From positions 1 to 64,000 of IMG/VR virus record IMGVR_UViG_3300025902_000014: a stretch of DNA of 64,000 nt; one strand, written 5' to 3'. The position numbers and the translations under genes are program-made. Positions within the stretch are counted from its first letter, which is position 1; every line of letters begins with the position of its first letter. This DNA comes from a virus. Its lineage: Duplodnaviria; Caudoviricetes. The notes under the pieces are model-generated. The model had not been told where the DNA came from. It saw only the letters and a list, made by a program, of their open reading frames with translations, and did not search any database. This document shows, one piece after another, positions 9,734 to 18,946 of this stretch.

Positions 9734-10474
9734 TTGGCCGAAATCACGGGGGGGATGTCCGCACGCGAACGAAACACCCGCCTCTGGCAGGTGCTGCGAG
9801 CCATCCGGGAAGCCCCCGATTCAGATAGTTTGAAAGAAGATTGGGCATACGCCACGATCGACCTGACCCGGGCGGTTTTCATAACCCAGTTCGCCTCGTT
9901 GCGGGACTCGGCAGATCGTGAAGACCTCGAACAATCCGCTCTTCTGGAGTTCCACCGGGGTGTCGCAAAGCTGTCTATCTTCACGGATTACGTCTCACCT
10001 GAGACACTGTTTCGTATTCTTTACAGCGTGGCGAAGTTCTCCATGCTCCGGGAGCTGACCCGCCTGAAGCGCCACCTCCCGCAGGATCTCGTGCATGAGG
10101 TCGAGACCGCCCGGATGGTCCGGGTCGAGAGTCTCCCCGACGAGGAGGATGCAAATCACCCCACCATCCCCGGGCCGGACGTGGCTATGGACGCACAGGA
10201 TCGGGAGCGGTTTGTAGCCATCCAGCTTCCCCGGCAGATCGAGGCCGCCATCGACCGGCACAACCTCTACGCCAAGACCCAGTGGTGTGACCCGATCCGG
10301 TTCGTCACCATGCAGCGGCTGAAGGGGAAGTTCGTGTCCGTGAGCTTCGTGCGGTCCTACTGGAAGACCCCCGACCCAGAACTCGTGGTCAGCTACTCGG
10401 ATTACCTTGCTCGCACTGTCGTTCTCGCACTGGCGACGACCCACGCCCGGACCCGGCAGGTGACGTTCGCGTGA
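9734..10474 (+). CDS. sigma-factor-like protein (region 2-like)
   Basis: DREDLEQSALLEFHRGV...FRILYSVAKFSMLREL resembles sigma70/ECF region 2; TTG after GAGGAG. Confidence 0.5.
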   Translation: MAEITGGMSARERNTRLWQVLRAIREAPDSDSLKEDWAYATIDLTRAVFITQFASLRDSADREDLEQSALLEFHRGVAKLSIFTDYVSPETLFRILYSVAKFSMLRELTRLKRHLPQDLVHEVETARMVRVESLPDEEDANHPTIPGPDVAMDAQDRERFVAIQLPRQIEAAIDRHNLYAKTQWCDPIRFVTMQRLKGKFVSVSFVRSYWKTPDPELVVSYSDYLARTVVLALATTHARTRQVTFA

Positions 10475-10914
10475 CAGCCAAGAAGTTCATCCCTTCACTG
10501 GAGTATCTCGCCCGGGAGCTGGCCCCGCTGGAAACCATTCCCCATCGCAAGGTGCCCGCGAACATGACCGAGGCGGAAGCCCTCCGGACGTTCTTCGCGC
10601 TGAACGTCCCGACGTGTCCCCTCCTCGCCCACATGGCGGACTACGGGTTCAACCTGAAGACGACTCGGGATTTCCTTTCTACGTTTGCGGGGCAGACCAT
10701 CACGGTCCCGAGTCGGCGCACCCTTTCGCGCCAGTGGGACGACTTCCAGATCTGGCTGGCGGTGGAGCACCGGGTGTCTGTAGGGGATGCTCTTCCTGTC
10801 GCCCAGCAGAAGATCGCCGGGAAGTTCAAACTTCCGGTGAAGAAGGTCGAGGAGGTCTACACCCGGTTCCGTCGAGCGCATCAGGTTGTGGGCCACCCGA
10901 AGCATGGTGCTTGA
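10471..10914 (+). CDS. Mor/C-family-like transcription regulator
   Basis: FLSTFAGQTITVP followed by HTH-like QKIAGKFKLPVKKVEEVY. Confidence 0.55.
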   Translation: MTAKKFIPSLEYLARELAPLETIPHRKVPANMTEAEALRTFFALNVPTCPLLAHMADYGFNLKTTRDFLSTFAGQTITVPSRRTLSRQWDDFQIWLAVEHRVSVGDALPVAQQKIAGKFKLPVKKVEEVYTRFRRAHQVVGHPKHGA

Positions 10915-10939
10915 CAGTTCTATCTTGTGGTGCTAGTAT
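10911..10939 (+). promoter_or_regulatory. sigma70-type promoter TTGACA-N17-TAGTAT
   Basis: near-consensus -35/-10. Confidence 0.8.
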
Positions 10940-10981
10940 TCTCGTGCGGTCAGAAAAGACCCCGAGAAAGGTAAAGACGAA

Positions 10982-11644
10982 ATGGCAATGCCTCGGAAGC
11001 CCGCCCCTCCCCGCAAGCCCGTGATGGACATTGTGGACGAGTTCAACCTCCGGAACGGGTGGTTCAACACCCCGGGCCGGGTCGCTCTCGCCGAGAGGCT
11101 CAGGGAGAAGGCTGCCAAGTGGCCCTACTTCCTCGTCCTCTACCGGTTCCTCGAAACGCACGGGTACCTCGACGCCAAGATGCTCGCGGCGGCCGAGCGG
11201 CCCCTCCCGGGCGGCGGAAGGCCCCCGGTCCCCCGGACGTTCTCGGTCACCAAGGGGACGAACCCCAAGGGGAACTCGGTCTCGACTTCAGTCGCACCCG
11301 CGCCCCTCAAGGAGGAGAAGGAAATGCCCGCCCCCAAGGTCGAGGTCACGGCGACGTCGGCCGGAACCGCCACCGTGTCCTTCCCCCCGGTCCCGGCCAA
11401 GGCCACCGTTCCCTCTCTCGAAGAGATCCGGGCCAAGCTGGCAGCCATCAAGGCCGGAGTGGCCATGCCTCCCACGGCTCCGTCGGCGGAGAACCTCCGG
11501 GCGACGGTCGAGGCGGCCCCGAAGCCCTTCGTCCCGCCCGTGATCTTCACTCCGCCTCCGCCGCCCCCGAAGCCAGTGGACCCGCTGGCCATGCTCCGGG
11601 CCTCCATCCTCTCCGAGAGGTACGGGGTTTCCGTCAACGTCTGA
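10982..11644 (+). CDS. Pro-rich hypothetical protein (monocistronic early gene)
   Basis: own promoter and terminator. Confidence 0.75.
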   Translation: MAMPRKPAPPRKPVMDIVDEFNLRNGWFNTPGRVALAERLREKAAKWPYFLVLYRFLETHGYLDAKMLAAAERPLPGGGRPPVPRTFSVTKGTNPKGNSVSTSVAPAPLKEEKEMPAPKVEVTATSAGTATVSFPPVPAKATVPSLEEIRAKLAAIKAGVAMPPTAPSAENLRATVEAAPKPFVPPVIFTPPPPPPKPVDPLAMLRASILSERYGVSVNV

Positions 11645-11647
11645 TCG

Positions 11648-11678
11648 AAACGCGGGGCTCTTCGGAGCCCCGTTTTCC
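11648..11678 (+). terminator. intrinsic terminator hairpin
   Basis: CGGGGCTC-TTCG-GAGCCCCG followed by TTTT. Confidence 0.8.
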
Positions 11679-11689
11679 AAGGAGGTCGA

Positions 11690-11917
11690 ATGGACCAAAT
11701 CGTCATCGACGCGAGGCTGCTCGGGGATCAGCCCTTCGCCATCAACCTCTGTGACCTGTGCGCCAAGAGCTTCTACTCGGCGCTCTCCCGGCACCGGATG
11801 GAGGAGGCTAACAGGGTGGCACGAAAGGGCACGGACTTCGTTCCTGCCATCCTCGTGTGTCTGTCCGCGATCGTCGGCCTCGTGGTCGGCTTTCTGGTCG
11901 GAGTGGCAGTCGGATGA
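11690..11917 (+). CDS. small membrane protein
   Basis: AAGGAGG RBS; hydrophobic C-terminal helix. Confidence 0.65.
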   Translation: MDQIVIDARLLGDQPFAINLCDLCAKSFYSALSRHRMEEANRVARKGTDFVPAILVCLSAIVGLVVGFLVGVAVG

Positions 11918-12279
11918 GAGTCAAGATCACCCTCCTCCGCGACCATGGCACCCCGGTTCCCGAGAAGGACCAGAAGACCGTGGAAGGCGTCCTCATCTAC
12001 GAGGACCGTCAGTCTCTCGGGTACGTCGCGGCTCTCGTGGCCCCCGACGACCGCTCGTTCGCCAATCTCGTCCAGCCTCTCGTTCGGACCTTCCTCGCCA
12101 ACGTGACGGGGAACGCCTTCCTCCTGTCCGGTCTCGAAGCCGAGAACGGCAGCCCGAAAAGCATGGGGCCGCTCTGCCTCCAGCAGTGGAAGGTCGAGCC
12201 CCTCCCCCCGGTGAAGAAGCCAAAGAAGGGCGAGTCCCCGACTCCCGAGACCGAGGACGTCGAAGAGGTCGAGGCGTAG
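11914..12279 (+). CDS. hypothetical protein
   Basis: ATGA overlap. Confidence 0.6.
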   Translation: MRVKITLLRDHGTPVPEKDQKTVEGVLIYEDRQSLGYVAALVAPDDRSFANLVQPLVRTFLANVTGNAFLLSGLEAENGSPKSMGPLCLQQWKVEPLPPVKKPKKGESPTPETEDVEEVEA

Positions 12280-12295
12280 CCCGAGGAGTAAAGAC

Positions 12296-12559
12296 GTGAA
12301 GATGACCCTGAACCTCACACTCGAAAACCTGAGCCCCGACGAGGCGGCTCAGGTTCTCCAGACCCGCGTCCGGGCAATGCTCAGCGGCACCGTCTACGTC
12401 CGACCCCACTTCCGGCAGGTGCCCGGCTGGGGGAAGCTCTCGTCCGAGAAGCGGGTGAAGCGGATCGCGAAGTACGCCCTGAAGCTCACGAAGAACAAGG
12501 ACGAGGCCCGGAAGATCACCCGCCTCCCCGAGGCCGCCTTCGAGAGTCGGAGGGGCTGA
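12296..12559 (+). CDS. hypothetical basic protein
   Basis: GGAGTAAAGAC-GTG start context. Confidence 0.65.
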   Translation: MKMTLNLTLENLSPDEAAQVLQTRVRAMLSGTVYVRPHFRQVPGWGKLSSEKRVKRIAKYALKLTKNKDEARKITRLPEAAFESRRG

Positions 12560-12560
12560 C

Positions 12561-12815
12561 GTGTCCGACAAGGTCTGCGACACCTGTCACTTCCCGAAGC
12601 CGAGCCTTTGCTTCGACCATTCGGAGTCACGGCACGGAAGCCGTGTGAACACCTGTCAGTCCTGCCTCCGGGATGTCCGGTGGGCTTCCCGGAAGCGGGG
12701 TTCCGTCCGCCGGGCGGAGACGCGCCGGGACAAGCCTCTCAACCCCCTTGCCCCGCGCCGCAGCAAGGATGTCGCCGATGCTCTGGTCAACGGCTGGAAC
12801 CATCGCTGGCACTAG
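12561..12815 (+). CDS. small CxxC...CxxC zinc-finger protein
   Basis: CDTC and CQSC pairs. Confidence 0.55.
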   Translation: MSDKVCDTCHFPKPSLCFDHSESRHGSRVNTCQSCLRDVRWASRKRGSVRRAETRRDKPLNPLAPRRSKDVADALVNGWNHRWH

Positions 12816-12832
12816 AGGAACCGAGAAAGGAG

Positions 12833-13201
12833 ATGCGTGTGACATCGAAGCTGAGAACCACGAAAGAGCAGGTGCTCATGGCCGCGAGGCTCAAGCCTCC
12901 GGCCCACCACTTCCCGAGGAGCGAGCCGCACGAGGTCTGCCCCTTCATTACCCTGAACTTCGAGGAGAGGCAGGCCATCATCCGGCTGCTGGAGTACGGG
13001 ATCGAGGGGACGACCACCCCGATTCGCCGGGCCAGCGGGAAGTCCCTCGTTCTCTACAACGACCTCCACAAGCGGATTTCGGCCGTTCACGCGACCGTGA
13101 TCCAGAACCTCATCAAGGAGAGCAACCGGATCTGGAAGGCGACGAAGCGGGAACGCGAGAAGCAGAAGAAGCTGGCGGAGAAGCAGACGATCGGGACGTG
13201 A
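12833..13201 (+). CDS. hypothetical protein
   Basis: ATG after AAAGGAG. Confidence 0.65.
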   Translation: MRVTSKLRTTKEQVLMAARLKPPAHHFPRSEPHEVCPFITLNFEERQAIIRLLEYGIEGTTTPIRRASGKSLVLYNDLHKRISAVHATVIQNLIKESNRIWKATKREREKQKKLAEKQTIGT

Positions 13202-13623
13202 ACATAGACATTCGCTTTGACTCGTATGTAGAGCCTGAACCGATGTCCGGGTGCTTCTTGTGGGTTGGGCAGAACTGCGGCCCACGAAGTCGGTATGGCC
13301 GATTCTGGGACGGTCATCGGCAGGTGCTTGCCCATCGGTTCGCATACGAAAGGGAATACGGGCCGCTCCCCCCGGGAGCCTTGGCTCTTCATTCCTGCAA
13401 TAACCCTCCGTGTGTGAACCCCCGGCACTTGCGCCCCGGATCGCAGCTTCTGAACATGCAGGATAGGGATGGTGGGGGGAGGAACTTCTGTCGGCAGAAA
13501 ACTAGCTGTATTCGTGGGCACGTTTTTGACTCCGCCAACACTCATGTTCGGAAAAATGGGCGGCGGGCATGTCGGCGCTGCATGGCGGAGTACATGCGGA
13601 GGAAGAGGCAGGAAAAGAAGTGA
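13198..13623 (+). CDS. HNH homing endonuclease
   Basis: GCFLW...YGRF...AHRFAY...HSCNNPPCVNPRHL, C-terminal CxRGH...CRRC; lower GC than flanks. Confidence 0.9.
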   Translation: MNIDIRFDSYVEPEPMSGCFLWVGQNCGPRSRYGRFWDGHRQVLAHRFAYEREYGPLPPGALALHSCNNPPCVNPRHLRPGSQLLNMQDRDGGGRNFCRQKTSCIRGHVFDSANTHVRKNGRRACRRCMAEYMRRKRQEKK

Positions 13624-14003
13624 ACCCTCGCCTTCCTCTTTTTGTCCCGTGCCCTCATGTCAAGGGGGATCTGGCTGGTGGGGTGTGCGCGAGTTGCTGG
13701 GAGGAGCGGGCTTCCGCCCTCCATCAGGACTTCCTCGAACTCAAGAAGCTGAACGACTCGATCTCCGTCTGTGGCAAGCACCTCAAGGACATCACCAAGG
13801 GCGGGTGCGTCATCTGTAAGAGCGAGAGCGGCCGGGAAGTCCAGACTTACCTGACGCAGGTCGTCCAGCGGGCCGCCGAGGCACTGGATGCCCAGACCGA
13901 CGGCGACCCCCGGGCGGACAAGATGCTGGAGGCGGCACTGGAGGGAATCATCAAGGCCGGGGAGTTCATCGAGAAGCAGAAGCGCCCCGCGAAAAAGACT
14001 TGA
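13620..14003 (+). CDS. Cys-rich hypothetical protein
   Basis: GTGA overlap; CxH and CxxC pairs. Confidence 0.6.
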   Translation: MNPRLPLFVPCPHVKGDLAGGVCASCWEERASALHQDFLELKKLNDSISVCGKHLKDITKGGCVICKSESGREVQTYLTQVVQRAAEALDAQTDGDPRADKMLEAALEGIIKAGEFIEKQKRPAKKT

Positions 14004-14028
14004 CGAGTCTATCTTGATCTTGTAGTAT
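14000..14028 (+). promoter_or_regulatory. sigma70-type promoter TTGACG-N17-TAGTAT, leaderless ATG at 14035
   Basis: ATG 6 nt after -10, no SD. Confidence 0.75.
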
Positions 14029-14034
14029 CGAGGC

Positions 14035-14346
14035 ATGGAGAAAAGACGCGCCCCCCGCCTCGCCCAGCTCGCCATCGCCGTGAACTCCACGACCTCGGTG
14101 ACCGGCTTCAAGGCCACGATCGAGGAGGGGTACTGCAACACGGACCGCCGGTTCCGCAGCGGTGGCCGCTACTTCCGGAGCGAGGGCAAGGGCCGCTACG
14201 GCAACAAGCTCGTCGTCAAGGACGAGCGTGGCAAGATCATCCTCTCCCACAACTCCGCCGAGACCTACCGCACGAACGAGGAGGCCCTCCGCAAGGTCAT
14301 GGCCCTCCTCGGGTGGACCGAAGAGCAGATCAGGAGCGCGAAGTGA
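14035..14346 (+). CDS. hypothetical early protein
   Basis: directly behind promoter. Confidence 0.75.
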   Translation: MEKRRAPRLAQLAIAVNSTTSVTGFKATIEEGYCNTDRRFRSGGRYFRSEGKGRYGNKLVVKDERGKIILSHNSAETYRTNEEALRKVMALLGWTEEQIRSAK

Positions 14347-14621
14347 TGTTCACCCGCCACCACATCGGCAACGTTCTCATCCACGTCGGAGAGCCCCCCG
14401 GGGGCAACCCCTACGCCGGTTCGTCCCTCCTCGGGTCGGAAAGGGTCGCCGCGTTCCGCGCCGTCCTCAAGGGCGAGGACTACTCCAAGTGGACTTTCTG
14501 GTACGCCCCGAGCAACGGGGGAGCCTTCAAGCTCACGGTCCCGAAGGCCCAGATCGACTGGACCGCCATGAGCGACGAGGCCGGGATGTACGTCTTCGAT
14601 GCGGACGGGACGCTCAGGTGA
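14346..14621 (+). CDS. hypothetical protein
   Basis: TGATG overlap. Confidence 0.6.
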   Translation: MFTRHHIGNVLIHVGEPPGGNPYAGSSLLGSERVAAFRAVLKGEDYSKWTFWYAPSNGGAFKLTVPKAQIDWTAMSDEAGMYVFDADGTLR

Positions 14622-14968
14622 GCGGCCATCACCCCCAGCTCCTCGCCATGGCCGAAGTTCTCCGCGAGATGGCCGATACCGTGGAGGGCATCGCCCGCAC
14701 CACCGGGGTCGCGGCCCCGGGGGCAGCCCCGGTCACCGATCCTCTGGCCCCGGTGAAGCTCCACATCACCCTGTCCTGCGGGGGAGTCGGGTACGAGATC
14801 CCGATGTTCCAGCTCCGGGAAGTCCAGAAGTACACCCGCGCCATGCAGAAGATCAATGCCATCAAGCTGGTCCGGACTATCTGCCCCACGGCCGGGCTCA
14901 AGTCCGCTAAGGACTTCGTCGAGTCCGACTGTGGCGGCCTCTTCACCGGTCTCGATGCTGGATTCTAG
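14618..14968 (+). CDS. ribosomal protein L7/L12 C-terminal-domain-like protein
   Basis: KINAIKLVRTICPTAGLKSAKDFVE vs bL12 KIxVIKxVRxITGLGLKEAKDLVE. Confidence 0.8.
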   Translation: MSGHHPQLLAMAEVLREMADTVEGIARTTGVAAPGAAPVTDPLAPVKLHITLSCGGVGYEIPMFQLREVQKYTRAMQKINAIKLVRTICPTAGLKSAKDFVESDCGGLFTGLDAGF

Positions 14969-15044
14969 GGAGTAGAAATGGGCCTCAAAGGGGCTGAGGT
15001 TTGAGTCCTTCACCTCCACCCCGGAAGATCCGAAGGGAGGCTAG

Positions 15045-15359
15045 GTGACGCGCAAGAAGAGCCCGGAAGAACTTCCGACCCCGAGAGACCCGAACGACCC
15101 GAGACCCGCCCTCTACCACACCCAGTGGACCCTGAAGTACGGCCGGGTGATCTCGAACTACTTCGGGCCACCGGATTACGACCTCAAGGAGCTGAAGAGT
15201 CTCGTGTCCGACCTCACCTCGGAGCAGAACGAGATCATCGGCCTCGCCCTCCTCGCCTTTGAGAGGGACATCGAGAAGATGCGGGCCAAGGAGCACTACG
15301 CCCCTCCGGTCCTCGACGCCATCCGGGAAGCCCAGAAGCTCTTCCCGGTAGGAGACTGA
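15045..15359 (+). CDS. hypothetical protein
   Basis: GTG after GGGAGG. Confidence 0.65.
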   Translation: MTRKKSPEELPTPRDPNDPRPALYHTQWTLKYGRVISNYFGPPDYDLKELKSLVSDLTSEQNEIIGLALLAFERDIEKMRAKEHYAPPVLDAIREAQKLFPVGD

Positions 15360-15360
15360 G

Positions 15361-15588
15361 ATGCCCAGACTCACGGAAGAAGACCTCAAGGACTACGAGA
15401 TCTCGTTCGGCCTGACCCCGGGCTGGCCTGCGGGCCGCCCGGCCGAGGACGGGTGGGCAGGAGCGGTCATCCGCCTCATCCACGACCACCGGGAGATGGC
15501 CAAGGAGCTGGCGAGCGTGAGCACGGCGTCCACCCACGCCATGCGGAAGGTCTACCTCCGGGGCGACGAGAAGAAGGGGAAGTCCTGA
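15361..15588 (+). CDS. hypothetical protein
   Basis: tightly packed ORF with AGGAG RBS. Confidence 0.6.
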   Translation: MPRLTEEDLKDYEISFGLTPGWPAGRPAEDGWAGAVIRLIHDHREMAKELASVSTASTHAMRKVYLRGDEKKGKS

Positions 15589-15589
15589 G

Positions 15590-16138
15590 ATGCCCACGAA
15601 CGCCGACCTCCAGTACGAGTGGCTGGCCCCCAAGCTCTCCAGCTCCGAGAGGGAGGCCCTCGACCGGGTCTACGACGAGCTGAAGGTTCTCCGGGATCAG
15701 GCCACCGTCCTGAAGAAGCCCATGATCGTCAAGCCCCCCAAGACCGCGCAGGACACCTACTGGGTGGCGCTGGACCCCGAGGACATGTCCACTCTCCAAG
15801 GCCCCTACGCCACCCGGGCTTACGCCATCAAGGCCGGGCCGAAAGCCCTCGGTCTCGAAAAGGGCCAGACGTTCTGGTCGGGAAGGGCTGAGTGCTCCGC
15901 CGTCCGGGAAGTCCTGAAGCTCGCCGGATTCGCGGACCTCCTCCTCGAACACGTCGAGGGGGAGCTGGAAACCCTTCTCGGGGATACGATCGAGGGGTGG
16001 CTGGAGAAGATCACCCCCGGGGAGAAGGTCGAGCTGGAGGACAGGCTGTCCGCCGCCCTCCTCATCTGGCTCGTCAAGACCGGCCACTACCCCCCGTTCT
16101 TCGTCTTCGAGAGCGAGGAAAAGCATGACGCCCCCTGA
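15590..16138 (+). CDS. hypothetical protein
   Basis: tightly packed ORF. Confidence 0.65.
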   Translation: MPTNADLQYEWLAPKLSSSEREALDRVYDELKVLRDQATVLKKPMIVKPPKTAQDTYWVALDPEDMSTLQGPYATRAYAIKAGPKALGLEKGQTFWSGRAECSAVREVLKLAGFADLLLEHVEGELETLLGDTIEGWLEKITPGEKVELEDRLSAALLIWLVKTGHYPPFFVFESEEKHDAP

Positions 16139-16502
16139 TTCCGACCTGATCCTCTACCGGAAGAAGTCCACCGATTCCTACCGCATACGCTGGATCTACG
16201 AGGACGGAGTCGAGGGGGTCACTCTCGGGGCGGACCTTCCCAAGCCAACACTCGGGGCACTTCCGGAGGACACGCTCCTCGGAGACCCCGACCACAGGCG
16301 GGTCACCCGCCTCCTCGGGAACCTACCGGGGACACTTTGGGACGAGAACGGCTACTTCTGGCTCTCCCTCACGCAGGCAGAAACAGCCCTTCAGAGAGCC
16401 CGCAAGGCCATTTCTAAGTCAGCACTGCCCCTCCCCTATGAGGCTCAGGCCCTCACGGCCGGGTGGCTTCCCCCAGCGGGCTGGATGCCCGGGAAAAAGT
16501 AG
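16125..16502 (+). CDS. hypothetical protein
   Basis: overlapping ORF. Confidence 0.6.
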   Translation: MTPPDSDLILYRKKSTDSYRIRWIYEDGVEGVTLGADLPKPTLGALPEDTLLGDPDHRRVTRLLGNLPGTLWDENGYFWLSLTQAETALQRARKAISKSALPLPYEAQALTAGWLPPAGWMPGKK

Positions 16503-16544
16503 ACTAGCCCCCCGGCTGGAAGCCGGGAGAAAGGGAGAAATCCC

Positions 16545-16916
16545 ATGCCGACCCTCAAGAAGACCGGAACCCGCACCGCCCCCACGGCCCGCACCCCCGA
16601 GGAGGCCCGCAAGCACCGCGCCGAGCAGGCGGGGAGGGCCATCCTCGCCGGACGGGGCAACCGGGAGGCGAACTGGGAGCGGATCGCCCGCGCCCTCACC
16701 GATGGCCCGAAGAGGACCACGTTCGCCGGGATGGACATCCCCGAGGGGCTCGTCGCCCGGATCTGGCCGGACCCGGCTCCGACTCCCGAGCCGACCCCCG
16801 AGCCGACCCCCGAGCCGACCATCGAGGAGTTCGGGACGCTCGTCCGCGACCCCATTCTCGGGGACGTGCTGGAGATCGAGATGAGCCCCGAGGACATTCC
16901 GAACCCCCACCCCTGA
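16545..16916 (+). CDS. hypothetical protein with (PEPT)n linker
   Basis: GGGAG RBS. Confidence 0.65.
   Translation: MPTLKKTGTRTAPTARTPEEARKHRAEQAGRAILAGRGNREANWERIARALTDGPKRTTFAGMDIPEGLVARIWPDPAPTPEPTPEPTPEPTIEEFGTLVRDPILGDVLEIEMSPEDIPNPHP
16779..16820 (+). repeat. 12-bp coding tandem repeat CCGACYCCCGAG x3.5
   Basis: directly visible; encodes PTPEPTPEPTPEPT. Confidence 0.9.
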
Positions 16917-16919
16917 GTC

Positions 16920-17474
16920 ATGGGAGCTGGTCCCGCTGTGATGCTCCCGACGACCGTCGTCTACCTGCTCAGAGATCCGAGGGACAGCCGCATCAGGTAC
17001 GTGGGGGCTGCCCAGAAGCCTCGAAGCCAGCTCTCGAAGAACCTCTACCACGCCCGGAACCGTGCGACCGGTGCCTTCTACGACTGGCTCCGGGAACTCC
17101 GGGCCTCCGGGCTGCGCCCCACCGTCACCCCTGTCCGGGAAGTCCTGAAGCGTGACGCCGAGGCCCATGTCCAGATCGTCAAGGAGGCTTTTCACTTCAC
17201 CAGTCCACCCCGACGCCCGAGAGGCCCTGCACTGAAGTACCCCCATGATCTCCGGCGAGACACTCCCATGGTCCACGAGGACTACCACTATCAGGGCAGG
17301 ACGACTCCAGATATGAGGGACAAGTACATCCGAGCCCTCAAGCGCAACCTTCGTCTCCATGGACCCAAGCTAAAGTCTCTGAGAACTTCCAAGATCATAA
17401 TTCCACCTAACACTCCTGAAATGAGAGAGTTAGCACGCAAAACCGCACGCATGATCTTGAAAAGTAAGACTTGA
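16920..17474 (+). CDS. GIY-YIG-like endonuclease (possibly degenerate)
   Basis: VVYLLRDPRDSRIRYVGA; start may be ATG 16941. Confidence 0.7.
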   Translation: MGAGPAVMLPTTVVYLLRDPRDSRIRYVGAAQKPRSQLSKNLYHARNRATGAFYDWLRELRASGLRPTVTPVREVLKRDAEAHVQIVKEAFHFTSPPRRPRGPALKYPHDLRRDTPMVHEDYHYQGRTTPDMRDKYIRALKRNLRLHGPKLKSLRTSKIIIPPNTPEMRELARKTARMILKSKT

Positions 17475-17860
17475 CTTCAGACAGAAGGAACCAGCTAAAC
17501 CAGACCTCGGAGTCCGATTTCCCGGGCTCCCGGAAGGAAAAAACCCCCGGGGGAGACCCCGGGCCGACGGCGAATCCCGGTTGTCGCGGAAGGACAAGCC
17601 CATGTTGCACCCCGTTCTGGCTTGGCTCGACTGCCAAGACCCGATGACCCTCCTCCTCATCGTCCTCGTGGCTCTCGACATCTGGGTTCACATTCTCGGC
17701 TACGCGAAGAAGAAGCTGGCCCCCCGGAGGTGCCGCCTCGGGTTCCACACCTGCGCCCACTGCGCCATGGTCCTCGCCGTTCACGATCGGCGAAACCCCG
17801 TCCAGTGCGCGGAAGGTCGGGAAGTGGACCCGAAGGATCTGCCTCCCGGGCTTCGGGGCA

Positions 17861-18145
17861 GTGAGGAGAACCATGTACCGATCGGGTGAGGCCAAGGCCG
17901 TCCTCGGGGAAACGGATGCTCAGGGCTACCCCATCGAGGTCGAGCCGTACCACGATGCCCGGGAGAAAACGAACTTCCCGGGGGAGACCCCTCCCCTCCC
18001 CCGGGGAACCGTCTACCTCCCCCACTCGTGTCAGGAGTGGGTCATCGGGGGTCCGGAGCAGATTCAGGCCCTCATCGACGACCTGACGATCCTCCTCGCC
18101 CAGTACCCCCGGCCGTCGGCCGAAGACAGGACTTCCGGGCAGTGA
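17861..18145 (+). CDS. hypothetical protein
   Basis: likely ATG 17873 after GAGGAG; LPHSCxEWVIGG segment. Confidence 0.6.
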   Translation: MRRTMYRSGEAKAVLGETDAQGYPIEVEPYHDAREKTNFPGETPPLPRGTVYLPHSCQEWVIGGPEQIQALIDDLTILLAQYPRPSAEDRTSGQ

Positions 18146-18146
18146 C

Positions 18147-18278
18147 GTTATCGGGGGTCGTTTACGCCAAGTGCTGTGACACGACTCCTGTGATCCGTCA
18201 AGAACCCGCTGCCCATGCGGGTTCAAAACTGGACTTCTGGGACCACAAGATTCGTTGCGCCTAATCCGGCCTGATAAC
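18147..18278. ncRNA. putative structured intergenic RNA (closed multi-stem)
   Basis: outer GTTATCGG/CTGATAAC, inner GGGTCGT/ACGACTC and GAACCCGC/GCGGGTTC stems. Confidence 0.4.
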
Positions 18279-18288
18279 TCAAGTCTAC

Positions 18289-18317
18289 TTGACAGGACGA
18301 GCTTGAACTGACAGAAT
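18289..18317 (+). promoter_or_regulatory. promoter TTGACA-N17-CAGAAT, leaderless ATG 18324
   Basis: same spacing pattern as the other promoters. Confidence 0.65.
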
Positions 18318-18323
18318 AGCCCC

Positions 18324-18761
18324 ATGACGACGAAGAAGCTGGCGGGCCTCTACAGGAAGATGGCCGAGCACACCGGACCCCTCTGTGGGGGTCCGACATG
18401 CTTCAAGAACGCCCGACCCGAGGAGATCCCGCCCAACCGTTGCTGCTCGCCCGAATACTGCGAGATGGCCATCCAGTGGGCCGAGGAGATCCACGGGGTG
18501 AAGCTCGATCGGACCGGGCACCCCACCCTCCCGCTCATGGCCGTCGAGCCCGGGAAGGGCTGCACGGCGGCCCCGCACCTCCGGCCGATCTGCACGATGC
18601 ACGCCTGCTGCATCAACAGCCTCGGGTTCCATCCGGACGACCCGAAGTGGACGGACCGGTACTTCCGGCTCCGAGCCCAGATCGAGAGGTTGGAGACCGG
18701 GGAGGTTCAGGACAGCGGCGACCGGGCAGGTTGGATGTACGACCGACTGGAGGGAGCATGA
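18324..18761 (+). CDS. Cys-rich (metal-cluster/YkgJ-like) protein
   Basis: C-x4-C...CC-x4-C...GC...LRPICxxHxC. Confidence 0.6.
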   Translation: MTTKKLAGLYRKMAEHTGPLCGGPTCFKNARPEEIPPNRCCSPEYCEMAIQWAEEIHGVKLDRTGHPTLPLMAVEPGKGCTAAPHLRPICTMHACCINSLGFHPDDPKWTDRYFRLRAQIERLETGEVQDSGDRAGWMYDRLEGA

Positions 18762-18946
18762 CAAAGAAGGACTTCGAGATCGTGGCCGTGGGGCTCTGCA
18801 TGGCCCGGCCGGACGAGCCCGAGGGCAGCCACAAGTACGAGGCGCGGTACCACACGGTGGCGGTCATGACGAAGACCCTCGCCACCCAGAACCCGCGATT
18901 CAACCCGGAGGCGTTCCGGAAGGTCTGCATGGGGCCGAAGTAGGAG

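Noticed and set aside
12833-13201. MRVTSKL N-terminus resembling the cargo leader
   Set aside because: Lacks the E-A/S-L-x-E half and lies in the early region
17505-17590. GC-rich hairpins after the GIY-YIG-like gene
   Set aside because: Pairing relies on CCCGGG runs expected at this GC content; upstream TTGACT lacks a well-spaced -10
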